Positions 22,802 to 34,820 of a DNA stretch of 64,000 nt are shown piece by piece (positions within the stretch are counted from its first letter, which is position 1; each line of letters starts with the position of its first letter). Location: positions 1,426,001-1,490,000 of the forward strand of contig JANHCV010000006.1 in NCBI GenBank assembly GCA_025594325.1, written 5' to 3'. The translations under genes were made by a program, and so were the position numbers. The notes below the pieces were generated by a model. That model was given only the letters and a program-made list of their open reading frames with translations. It did no database searches and was not told the DNA's origin. This DNA comes from Blastocladiella emersonii ATCC 22665 (taxonomy: Eukaryota > Fungi > Blastocladiomycota).

Positions 22802-24621
22802 CTAGCCCCACCCACTGCCGAGCCCACCACCGAGCCCACCCGCGGGCGTCGCCGACGCAGCGCGGTCGCTGCGGATCAAGGCCAGGCGCGCGCGGGCGCG
22901 CAGGACCGCGTCGTGGACGTGGTGCGCGAGCCCCGCGTCCTGCACCTCGCTGAAGTCGCGCGCCATGCCACCGACGGGCGCGTGCGAGTGGGTCGCCGAG
23001 GGTGCCTGCCACGCGACGTGTAGGTCGAGGGCCACGGTGCCCGCGAGCGCCGTGGGCCACGGACTCGCGCCAATGGGCGGCCCCGGCGGAGCGAGGGCGC
23101 GGCGCGGCGCGGGAAGCGTCGGCGTGCCGAAGACGTGCTCGAGGAGCTGGGCGTTGGGCGGGATCTGAGGTCGGTGCAGCGCGATCCGCAGCGAGTGCGC
23201 GCCCGCGGTCGTGGAGAGAGGGATCGAGTGTGTGCCGAGCAGCTGGCGCGTCAAGCCGTCGGCCTCCTCCACGAATGCGTCGATGTGAAGGCGTGGTGGC
23301 GGTCCAGCTAGTGTAGAGTGAATCGGTTAGTGCAGCTTGAGCGACACGGTGCGTGTCCGCGTACCATGAGGCTTCTCGAGGAACGCAAACTCGAGCGGGG
23401 CGGACAGCGGCAGGTCGGCTGTAGTCGGCGGCGCTCCGGTCAGCCAGGAAACAAGCGAGCCGAGGAAGCTGCCGCCGTGGTCGTGAAGAGCGATACGCGC
23501 CGACGTGCCCGCGAGCGATGGAACGTCGGTCGATACGGAGGTATCAACGGACCATCCGTCCGAGAGCTCGACGTGCCACGACAGGAAGAGGTAGACGGGC
23601 CCTGCGCCCAACGACCGTGTCGCGAGCGGCAGAAGGTAGGACCGTGGACTCGCGAGAACGAGACGGGCCAGATTGCCCGTGATGGAGACGCGACGCGAGT
23701 AGCGCAGCTCGGGCGCTGACGCGAACGATTTGGGCACACTTTGTCGAAGAAACGACGTCTTGCTACATTGAGTCAGCGAGTGAGCGATGGTTCACAGCAC
23801 GAACGCGTCCTCGACGTACAGGCGAGCGAGCGAGACCTTGAGCGCGTCGACGTCGGCCTGCTGCGGCAGCCGCTGGGTGACGAGTTCGATCGAGTACTGG
23901 AAGCCGAGCTTGCGCACCGAGTCGTACACGCGGTGCGAGACGCCGATCCCCGGCGAGGTCACGAGCGATCCCGCGGGCGTGAGACGAAGCGTGGCGAGCA
24001 GGAGCGAGTTGGACTCGGGGTCGGCGGCGGCGCTGGTCGTCGCATCGAGGTGGAGCAGGATGCGCATCGCCATGGTGCCCGCGCGCTGCATCCGCCGATG
24101 GGCAGCGGACGAAAGACCGGCAGCAAGAGCTGAGTGCGATTGCGTCCACACGGTCGGCAGCACATCGCGCGCAGCGTGGAGAGGCCGCTCGGTGGCGGCG
24201 ACATGGTCGTGCTCAGAGACGTGGGCTGGTAGCGGACTAGTCGCTTTGAAGGCGAGTGGTTGAGCTTCTCGAAGACGGTCCACGATAGAGCATTGGCGTA
24301 CATTTCTTCTTGCCAGCCAAAGATCATGTCAATGATGTCGGTGCCGTCGCCGGCGGACAGGCCAGGCAGCGTCAGCGCGGACGGCGCGACGGGCAGCCCG
24401 CGGACCGACACGGCGTCGTCGGCCACATCTAGCGGCGCAAGAGCGTGAGTCAACTGGACTCTTCTCAGCTAGGATCCGCACGGACCGGGTCCAGCCTGGT
24501 TCGCGGTCAAGCGCTGGACGCGCAGACGGAACTCGAGCGCGTCACCGTCGACCGCGGGCAGCGCGGAGCCAGTGCGCGACACGTTCCCGCGCAGAATGTG
24601 CACCGATTCACTCGCCTTCAT
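22802..24621 (-). CDS. MKS1: Meckel syndrome type 1 (B9/C2 domain) ciliary transition-zone protein (532 aa, 5 exons)
   Basis: Introns 24429-24485, 24237-24301, 23763-23804 and 23308-23364 give one frame. Colinear with remembered MKS1 motifs: LEFRLRVQRLT, IFGWQEE, LATLRLTPAGSLV, LFLSWHVELSDGW, AGAHSLRIALHRP, AGTVALDLH, VLRARARL. Confidence 0.82.
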
Positions 24622-25179
24622 TGCAGCTATTCAGGTAGCCCGGGACGAGTGCCTCGTCGTCGAGGCGGACGAGAGACGCGTCGATTCGCGCGGCAGGACG
24701 CGTGAGAATCAGCTGATGTCTCGCAGCGGCGACGCGTCCCGCGTACCCGCTCTCCCCGCGTTAGCTCCACTTGCGCCGCGGGCAAAGCGACGGCAGCGCA
24801 CCGATATGACGGATCTGGTGCAACATGATAGCGGATGAACCGGCGGTATCCGACTCGGTCGGATCGGAAGTGGCGGCGGCCGCGGCGGCGCCACCGCCGC
24901 CCATCGGTGACAAGCGTCGCCGATCCTCATCGACTCGTCGCCGCGTGAGCCGTGACCTACGCCCAAGTCGCCTCCCACCATGGTCAGCTGCCGCTGCCCA
25001 CCGGCCGTGCGATCTACCGCCGCGCCAGGGCCGGGGCCCGCGCCTGTCCCGCATTGCCGCCTCGGTTCCCCGCTTTACGTAACGGGGACTCGTTGCTACT
25101 TAGCCCGCCCTCGTCCCTCTTCGATCCGCTCTCTCTTCTGCTCCTCTTCCGCGCTTTGCTACGAATCAACACCATCACC

Positions 25180-28100
25180 ATGGCGCCGCCGCTCTGCGCT
25201 CAGGCGGACGGCATGGCCGTCGCCTCGCCGCACCGCCAGCTCGACCTCGGCCTGTGCTTCCAGGAACTCTACCTCATCCCGGTGCTGTGCGCCATCATCG
25301 TCCTCGGCACCGCGTGGCGCCTGATCGCCCTCGCCCACGCCCCACCATCATCCGACAGCCCGCTGCCGCTCCCGGGCTCGTCGCCGCCGTCATCCGGCGC
25401 CGAGAAGGTCTCCTCGGCGGCACTGCTCCCCGCTGAGCCACCATCCGCCGCCGACACCGCCGAAGATGTCGACCCGAACCTCGCGCCGTCGCAGCTGCCT
25501 CCCTCGGCCGCTCTCTCGGTCCCTGCGCTCATCGTCAAGCTGGTACGATTCGTGTGCGTTCCCTACGCTCAGGGCAACGGCTCACTCCACGGTTCGCTTG
25601 TGTAGCTCGCCCTGGTCGCCCTCGCTGCGGTCACCATCGTCAAGATGACGTACTTTGGGTCGTCCGACCAGTCCGCCGCGACGGGTGCCGCCGACCTGCT
25701 CGCGAGCAGCGGCCTCCTCGCCGTGATCCTCGCAATGGCCGCCATCCACGCCGCCGACTACCGCGCCGTGATGCGGTCGCCGTCGAGCCTCGTCGTGCGC
25801 CCGCTGCGCGCCCTCACCTACACCCTGCTCCTCGTCGTGTCGGTCGTCCGCCTGCGCTCGATCCTGACCGTCGACCCGGACCTCGCGTCCTCGACCGTCG
25901 GCGCGCTCAACTTTGCCCAGCTCGCGCTCCTGTTCGTCGCGCTTGTCGCCGAGCTCCGCGCCGTGTCGTGGTCGCACCACCCGTGGGAGTCGATCCTCGA
26001 AAAGGGCCTGCAGACGTCGCCCGAGTACGCCGCCAACATCTACAACCGGCTGCTCTTCATCTGGACCCTGCCCATCTTCCGCCTCGGCAGCACCCGCAAG
26101 ATCGGGCCCACCGACCTGTGGCTGCTCCCGCCCTCGCTCACCACCGAGGTCACCCGCACCAAGCTGCTCGCCGTCATGTACCCCAAGGGCCGCAAGCCCG
26201 CGCCCGGCGAGAAGTCGCGCACGCTCATGGTCTCGCTGTGGCGCTGGTTCGGCCTCGACTTTGCTGGCGCCATGCTCATCGAGCTCATCGCCGTCGGCTC
26301 CGACTTTGTGGGCCCGACCATCATCGGCCTCATCGTCCAGTTTGTCCAGGAGGCCTCGCGCGCGCGCGCGTCGCCGTCGTCAGGTACCGCGCCGACCACG
26401 GCGTACGGCGTCGCGCTCGCCTTTGCGTTCCTCGGCGTCAACCTGCTCAGCATCCTGCTGCGGTCGCAGGTGTTCCACCGCCTCATGACCATGAACATCA
26501 AGTCGCGGTCCGCTATGCGCGGCCTGCTCTTCGACAAGCTCATGTCGCTGCCCGTGCACGCGCAGGCCGAGAACGCCGGCCGCATCGTCAACCTGGTCGC
26601 CGTCGACACCATGAACGTCGGCCAGATGTGGTTCCGCCTGTACACGATCCCGATCGTGCCGATCCAGGTCATCGTGAGCACGACGCTCCTGTACCAGCAG
26701 ATCGGCAGCAGCGTGTTCGCCGCGCTGGCCGTGGTCGTGGTCTTCTCGCCGCTGTTCGGGCTCACGGCCAAGCTCGCGATGCGGTACCAGAAGAAGAAGC
26801 TCGGGTTCATGGACACGCGCATCAAGCAGACGACCGAGGTGCTGCAGGCGATCCGCACCGTCAAGCTCAACGCGTGGAACGCCATCTTCCTCGACCGCAT
26901 CGGGCGCGTCCGCGAGGACGAGCTCGGCGAGCTGCGCAAGTCGTCGATCCTCTCGGCGCTCAACGCCTCGCTCACCATCTTCGTGCCGTCGCTCGCCAGC
27001 TTCACCGCGCTGCTCGTCGCCACCCTCACCGGCACCGAGCTCCGCGTCTCGCAGCTGTTCGTGTGTCTCGCCCTGTTCCAGCTCCTCCAGAACTCGATCT
27101 CGAACCTGTCCAACGTCATCCAGCCGTTCATGAACGTCCTCGCGTCGTATCAGCGCATCCGCGCCTTCCTCGCCGGCGACGAGCACGTGTCGTACGTCGA
27201 GCGGCTCCCGGCCCCGCCCGCGCCCGTGCCGTCTGCGACCGCCGGCTCGGCGCCGCTCCCGCTCGCGCAGCAGCCGCCCGTCATCGAGGTCCGCAACGCC
27301 GAGCTCGCGTGGAAGGCCGCCGACCCGGCGACGCTGCACATTGGCGACCTGGTCGTCCGCCGCGGCGAGCGCGTCGTGATCACGGGCATGGTCGGCAGCG
27401 GCAAGACGCAGCTGCTCACGGCGCTCGTCGACCAGCTGCACCTCGTCAACGACGGCTCGGTGCGCGTCCACGGGTCCTTTGCCCTGGTCTCGCAGGAACC
27501 GTGGCTGCTCAACGGCACCCTGCGCGACAATGTCCTGTTTGGCCTGCCCTTTGACGAGCAGCGCTATGCACGGGTGCTCCATGCCTGCGCGCTGCTCCCC
27601 GACCTCCGCCAGCTCCCCGACGAGGATATGTCGTTGATCGGCGACCGTGGGGTCATTGTACGTTGCTCTGGCTCGTCTACGCGAGGTTTGGGTGGATTGC
27701 TAACCGCCGGCCGTCGTCAACTTCTCGCGTCTAGTGCTCGGGCGGCCAGCAGGCGCGCATCGCCCTCGCGCGCGCCATCTACGCCGACCGCGACAGCTAC
27801 CTTCTCGACGATATCATGGCCGCGCTCGACTCGAACACCACGCGGCACATCATGGAGCACGCCATCGACGGCATGCTGGCGGGCAAGACGGTCGTGGCCG
27901 TCACGCACCAGGTCAACTACTGGCGCTGGTACGACACGCGCATCGAGATGAAGGCCGGCGCCATCGACCAGGTCGTCCCCGATACCGGCAAGCTCGCCGC
28001 GGCGGTCTCGCTCAACGAGGAGGAGACGGCCGCGAGCGACGACTCAAGCGTCACGCTCGACGCGACCACGGCCGCCGCCGCCGCCGCATCGTCCGGCAAC

Positions 28101-30260
28101 TCGGCCGCCGCCGACGTGCCCACGATCCGCGCGATGATGGAGGCGCGCAAGACCAAGGCCGCGGCGACCACGGCCGACGAGCGCATGGTGACGGGCAGCG
28201 TCGGCATCGACGTGTACGCCGAGTACCTGCGGTACTGCGGGTGGTGGGGCGTCGCGCTGCAGGCCCTCCTCATCGTCGCGTACCAGGCGTCGAACCTCGG
28301 GCAGCAGTACTGGATCGGGTTCTGGTCGGTGGCACCCGACGCCATCGACAATATCGGCTACTATTTCGGCATCTACGGCGGGCTCGTCGTCCTGTTCGCG
28401 CTCCTCGTCATCGCCAACAACCTCAACGCCAACGCCGTGCTCGCTATCCGCGCGTCGCGCAAGATGTCGCACGACCTCCTCGCCCGCATGCTCGCGTTTC
28501 CCATGTCGTTCTACGACGTGACTCCGCTGGTGCGTTGCTCTGATCGTGCTCCGCGCCTCGAAGAACTCGAAGTCTGACCGTCGACGATTGTCGTCGCAAC
28601 AGGGCCGCGCGGTCAACCGCCTCTCGAGCGACCAGGCGAGCGTCGACTCGGACATCCCGTCGCTGCTGACCGCTGTCGTCGGCGCGTCCGCGTCCGTCCT
28701 GTTCGTCTTCATCGCCGTCGCCGTGTCGAGTCCGTGGTTCCTTCTGCTCGTCGGCCCGCTCACGTACCTCCTGTGGCGCGTCGCCAACTACTACGTCGTG
28801 ACGTCGCGCCAGGTGCAGCGCCTGATCGCCGTGACGCGGTCGCCCATCTACTCGATCCTCGGCGAGGCCGCCACGGGCCGCGGCACCATTCTCGCCATGG
28901 GCGCGCGGCCCATCTTCCGCCACTGGCTCGAAGGCCGATTGGATTTGGCAAATCGAGTATTTTACTGTAATATCTCGATCTCGCGGTGGCTCTCGGCGAC
29001 GCTGCAGCTCATCGGGTCCATGATCGTCTTCTCGTGCGTCATGCTCGCCGTCACGCTGCCGCAAAACGCGGTCCTCGTCGGTGTCTCGATCACGCTCGCC
29101 CAGAACGTCACAGGCCAGCTCATGATGCTGGTGCGCACCTACATCTGGCTCGAATCAAGTACGCTTTGACCATTCTCGCGCCCCCACGTCGCCGGCCACT
29201 AACGTTGCTCCGCTTCCTCCGCTTCCTAGGTATCGTGTGCGTCGAGCGCATCAAGGAGTACGACAGCCTGCCCGTCGAGAACGACGGCGACCAAAAGTTC
29301 GAGGTCAAGCGCGGCGAGATCACCTTCGACGGGTTCTCGGCCCGCTACACGGCCCGCAAGGACGCCGAGGCCGCCGCCCAGGCCAAGTCGGACCGCGCGG
29401 GCCGCAAGGCTGCCGCCAAGGCGGAGGCCAAGGCCGCCGCCGCCGCCGCCGCCGCGGCCGCCAGCGCCGAAAAGTCGGGCGACGAGGCCGAGGAGATGCC
29501 GCTCGTGCTCAACAACATCAACCTGACGATTGCACCGGGCTCGTCAGTGTGCATCGTCGGCCGTACGGGCTCGGGCAAGTCGTCAGCCGCCGCGTGCTTG
29601 TTCCGCCTGCTCGAGGCCGCCGAGGGCCGGATCCTGGTCGACGGCCAGGACATCTCGCGCGCGCGGCTCTCGGACCTGCGCTCGCAGCTCACCATGATCG
29701 CGCAGACGCCACACCTGTTCGAGGGCACGCTGCGCATGGCGCTGTCGCCCGCGGGCAACCACTCGGACGCGGACCTGTGGCGGATCCTTGACGCCGTGAG
29801 CCCCGCGCTCGCGGCCGAGTTCCGCGCGCACCCCGACAAGCTCGACCTGCCCGTGGCGTCCGCTTCGCTCTCGGTCGGCCAGCGTCAGCTCGTGTGCATG
29901 GCGCGCGCCCTCCTGCGCGATTCCCTCGTCTACGTCCTCGACGAAATGTCGTCGTCCGTCGACTTGGCCTCCGAGGCCGCCATGATGGCGTGCCTGGAAG
30001 ACCCTGCGCTCATGGGCGGCCGCACGCGGATCGTCATCGCGCACCGCATCCACACGGTCCTGTCGACGGCCGACCGCGTCCTGTACCTCGACGCGGGCCA
30101 CGTTGTCGAGGACGGCAGCCCTGCCGAGCTCATTGCTCGCGAAGGGTCGCGGTTCCGCCAACTGGTCGAGGACGCGGGCCTGCTTGACGACGTGCTCTCG
30201 GGTCGCCTCGCGATCGGCTCTGGGGCAGCCGCCGCCGCGGTTGACACGAGCAAGGAGTGA
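25180..30260 (+). CDS. Full-length ABCC (MRP/YCF1-like) transporter, TMD0-TMD1-NBD1-TMD2-NBD2 (1598 aa)
   Basis: Introns 25543-25605, 27658-27734, 28530-28602 and 29159-29229. Walker A GMVGSGKT and GRTGSGKS; signatures CSGGQ and LSVGQ; Walker B LLDD and VLDE; VKLNAW and FYDVTPLGR motifs. Confidence 0.93.
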
Positions 30261-30457
30261 GGACGTTGTGCGAGTATAGATACAAACGTTTTTTGAATCA
30301 AAGTTGTAACTAGTTCACAGTGGCCATGATCGTTGTGCTCTGGCGGCCGTCATCAACAGCGAGGCCGCCCTGATGGCTACTGCCACCCGAGTGACCCCCG
30401 CCGCTTTGCGCATTTGTAGCTGACCTCGCCGACGCGGCACAGTCATACGCGCACGCC

Positions 30458-31834
30458 TTGCCTGCTCCCGCGCCGGCCAAATTCGGCCTTCTCGACCCGG
30501 CGGCCATGGTCGCCCTCAACGTGCCACCGGCCGCTGGCCCGCCCGTGTTGCGGATCCACATGCCGGCCCGGTGCTCGATCCCGGACCTTGCCCTGCTCTT
30601 CGAGTCGAGTCAACGTCAGCCGGCCCGGTCGCAAATGGGCAGCACCAAGCCGGTGGTCGCCGCAGCGGAATCGCACGGCGACAACCGCGTGCTGCTCGAG
30701 TGGCAGCCCGTTGTGCAGAACATCCGCGTTCTCGCCGTTGACGGTGCGATCATTGATTCCCGCCTCGCGATTCTCGTCCCTCACCTCGCGCACATCGTCA
30801 GACGATCGCGCCACTTTATCGAACCTCACGGCCTTCCTCACCGAATGCGGAGCCGCGTGGAACCTCGCGACCAACGCCGACTACGCCTTCGCCATGGCTA
30901 CGCAGTCCACGTTCTCGTCGTCAGCGCGCTCGCCGTACGACCTCGTCTTCATGAGCCTCGACCTCGGCACCCGCGACGACACGGCCGCGTACCGCGACGC
31001 GGCGTCCGCGCTCGACCTGATTCGGTGGATCCGCTCGCACGAGTACCGCCGCCGCACGTCAACGCTTATGCACACGCGTTCGTCGGTTACGGCCGTCGGG
31101 CTCCGTGATCGCATTGGTGATGACGGCAAACGCGCCGTCGATGGCATGCACCACGCGCCGCCATCGTCGCGGAACACACATTACGGCACGCCCGTGCTCA
31201 TCGTTGGAATGTCGTCGACCGTGCCCGCACCCGTGCCCGCCGCCGTCACGGACGGCAGCCTGCTGGGCGCTTCGTCACGCGGCGCCGCCGACCCGTCCTG
31301 TTGTCGTACTCGGCGGTGCTGACCGCCGGGTGCAACGCCGTATCCCCGCGCCCGGTCCCACGCGCGTGGGCCGAGGAAACGCTCGCCGAGACGTGCGCCA
31401 TTCTCGCGCTGCTCGACCAGTCCCCGGTGTCGCCCGACGGCGGCGGCGGCGCGGCCGCGTCGATTCGGTTCGCGGAGACTGTCGCCCCCGCGGCCATCCC
31501 TATGCCGCTCTCGGTCCCGCCTACGCTCGTGTGCCGCGATGGCGTGCCCGAGGCGCACGGCGGGCGGCACGGCTGGCGGCGGCCATGGTTGACGGGATGC
31601 TGGGTGGCAGCGTCAATGGGCAACAGCCCCGTCTCAACGGCGAGTCGCTCAAACGTGTGCCCGAGAGATACTGTTGGGGTTTGTCGCGGGCCGGCGGCGG
31701 CTCGCGTAGTCGATCACTTTCGCCGTCAGACATTGCTGAGTGCGCTACGTGAGATTTTGTCAACGCTCCATCACGCGCACGAGTGTGTAATACATGTAAT
31801 CATGTTCAAATGCGCGAGTATAAAGTTTGGTTGA
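30458..31834 (+). pseudogene. Ssk1-like response-regulator receiver domain gene, degenerate and apparently frameshifted
   Basis: Intron 30744-30801 yields IRVLAVDDDRATLSNL. Then YDLVFMSLDL, LIRWIRSHE, TPVLIVGMSS, and AGCNAVSPRPVPRAW in a different frame after about 31298. Both ends of the gene are uncertain. Confidence 0.6.
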
Positions 31835-32167
31835 AAGAAAGTGAAATCGGGGATCGAAGTGCGAGGGACTTGGATGGACCGCGTGAGGTCAGGGCGAGCG
31901 CACGCGTTGACCGAGTACTGGCGACGTTCCCGGCAAGTTTCGCGGCAAGTTCAGGTTACCGTAGGTCATGCACGAAAATCACTTGTTGTCTGGACTAGTG
32001 CGACTCCGGCCAACTCGGGTTCAGCAGGGCGATATAAAGCATAGCGATGAATCACGTGCGGATAAGGGTCGTGTCGCGCCATGCGTCCTGACGGGTTCGC
32101 GATCGGCCTCGGCGTGCTCGCTGCGGCAAACAGGGCAGCTGCGAAACTTAAAATTGAACGGTTTTTC

Positions 32168-32485
32168 AGCTTGTGGCACGCGACGTACTCGGGGTGCTTG
32201 CTGTGCATGCCGATGCGCTCAAGCTCGCGCTTGATGGCCACCTTGACCCACTACAATTGCGGACGATGAGGTGAGTGAGGTGCGCCGTCGGCCGCAAGAC
32301 GAAAAACGCGTACGTCGGGTTGCTCCGCTCAACGTCAACTGGCCCCGAACTCGAGCCGCTGCTCGACGCGCGTCCGGGCGCCGCCGATGATCGCGACCGC
32401 GACTTGGGGCTGTTGCTCGGTCGCTGCGGGGCGCGACTCGACGACGGGCGGCGCGTTGAGCGCGAGGCTCAAGTAGCCCGACTCG
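32168..32485 (-). pseudogene. Doubly truncated fragment of a paralog of the Sld7/MTBP-like gene, including its last intron
   Basis: Aligns by eye to 34957-35270. Last-exon differences are mainly third-position (WVKVAIKRELERIGMHSKHPEYVACHKL is conserved). Apparent single-base indels in the upstream exon part. Confidence 0.85.
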
Positions 32486-34685
32486 CACGTGTACCTCGCC
32501 TACGCCAAGGCCATCGGCGGCGCGTCGAGCGTGTTCCTCGTCATCCTCGTGCTCGTGCTCTCGCAGCTGTTCCGCGTCGGCTCCGACCTGTGGCTCTCGT
32601 GGTGGACCTCGGACTCGTTCGGCCTCGACACCACCGTCTACCTCTGGGTCTACTTTGGCCTCGGCATTGCGCAGGCGATCGCGTACGTGCTCTCGGGGGT
32701 GCAGTTCGCCCTCGCCGGCCTGCGCGCGTCCAAGGTCTTGCACCGCGGCGCCGTCTACCGCGTCATGCGCGCGCCCATGTCGTGGTACGACACCACGCCC
32801 ATCGGCCGTATCATCTCGCGGTTCTCCAAGGATACCGACACCATGGACGCCAGTACGTGTTGCTCCCACTCGACTAGCTGCTCGCTCCGCCCTCCGGACT
32901 CCCCTCGCCGCCCGTCTGTCATCGTCGCGTTCGTTCGACTTGTCACTGACCCACATCGACGCGTCGTTCACCTCCAGACCTCCCCGACTCGTTCCGCATG
33001 TTCCTCGGCACCCTGTCCATGACCGTGTCGACCTTCGCCCTCATGATCGCCGCCACGCCGCTGTTCGCGGCCCCGCTCGCCCCGCTCATGGTCGTCTACT
33101 ACTACGCGCAGCTCTTCTACCGCTCGACGAGTCGCGAGCTCAAGCGCCTCGACAGCGTCTCGCGTTCGCCGCTCTTCGCCCTGTTCGGCGAGACCCTCAC
33201 GGGCATCGTCACGATCCGCGCGTACCGCGAGGAGAACCACTTCATCGAGCGCAACAGCCGGTACATTGACGACAACAACCGGTGCTACTACCTCCAGATC
33301 TGCAGCCAGCGCTGGCTCTCGATCCGCATCGAGAATATCGGCAACCTGCTCACGCTCGCGTGCGCCATGTTCGGTGTGGCGTCCGTTCTCTCGTCCTCGA
33401 CGTCCGTGGCCATCGTCGGACTCTCCATCTCGTACGCCATCAATACGTCAGGTGTCCTTAACTGGTGCGTTCGTCAGGCGGCGGAAACGGAGGTGAGCGC
33501 GAATAGTGTGGAGCGCATCCTCAGCTATATCGAGGACATCGAGATCGAGGCGCCGCTCATCACGGATGTGCGGCCGCCGTCGGCGGCGTGGCCGGAGCGC
33601 GGCGAGATCGAGTTCACCAACGCGGTCATGGCGTACCGCAAGGGCCTCGACCCCGTGCTCAAGGACGTGTCCTTCACCATCCCCGCGGGTTCCAAGCTCG
33701 CGATCGTCGGCCGGTACGTTTTTCGGCGTATTGGCGCTGCGTCGGCCTCGGTGATCGCGATCCGACTCACCCCATTTTCGTGACTCGCTCCCCATTTAGC
33801 ACCGGCGCGGGCAAGTCGACCAGCCTGATCGCCCTGTTCCGCATGGCCGAGCTGATCTCGGGCTCCATCACCATCGACGGCGTCGACATTGGCAAGCTCG
33901 GCCTGCACGACCTGCGCAAGCGCCTCTCGATCATCCCGCAGGAGCCCGTCCTGTTCTCCGGCACCATTCGCTCGAATCTCGACCGCGAGGGCGTCGCGAG
34001 CGACGACCAGCTGTGGGCCTGGTACGGCTTCCGTTGCATCAAGTGGACCGCGCGCACCGCTCCGCCACTGACCCGCCCGCCTGTCGCACTCGTGTGTAGC
34101 CTCAAGGCCGCCGGCATGTTCGACTACGTCCAGAACCTGCCCGAGAAGCTCGAGGCGCCCATCAGCGAGGGCGGCGAGAACCTGTCGACGGGTATGCGCC
34201 AGCTCATGTGCCTCGCCCGCGCCATGCTCCGCTCCGCCAAGATCCTCGTCATGGTACGCTCGTTTCGCTGCTCCCCCCGCCCGCCCCGCCGCCGAGCCTC
34301 ACTGACGCCCATTTTCTCCCCACCAACAGGACGAGGCCACCGCGAGTGTCGACCAGGCGACGGACGCGCAAATCCAGCGCGCGATTCGCCGGGACTTTGC
34401 CAACGCTACCGTCGTGACCATTGCCCATCGGTACGCTCGCTGGTCTGCCTTTCTCGCCTTGAACCACGCACTCACTCGCCCTGCATCCCGCCGCGTAGCC
34501 TGAACACTGTCATCGATTACGACCTAGTGCTAGTCATGGACAACGGCCGCGTCGCCGAGCTCGCGTCGCCCGCCGAGCTGCTCTCGCGCCCCGAGTCGCT
34601 GTTCACGGCGCTTGTCGACGAGACCGGCCCCGTCAACGCGGCGCTCCTTCGCCGCCTCGCGACCGAGAAGAAGCTCGAGCTGTGA
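32486..34685 (+). pseudogene. 5'-truncated ABCC transporter (TMD2 + NBD2 only, YOR1/MRP-like)
   Basis: Begins abruptly at HVYLAYAKAIGG, with an in-frame TAG at 32474 and no upstream ATG. Introns 32853-32977, 33714-33799, 34022-34099, 34254-34329 and 34431-34498. [25 protein letters not shown] and IAHRLNT are intact. Confidence 0.8.
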
Positions 34686-34820
34686 GCAGCAGCGGCACCG
34701 TCGTACTAGATATAATCGTTAGTTTAATCACTCCCTCGCTCGCTCGTCGCATCCTGAACTCGCGAATCGTGCCGCCCCTCACGTTCTCAACCATGATCTC
34801 GGAAGCAAACCGCATGTGTC

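Noticed and set aside
25180-34685. The two ABCC segments as one gene
   Set aside because: The 25180-30260 gene already has its own TMD2, NBD2 and stop; the 32486 segment is a different, diverged ABCC.
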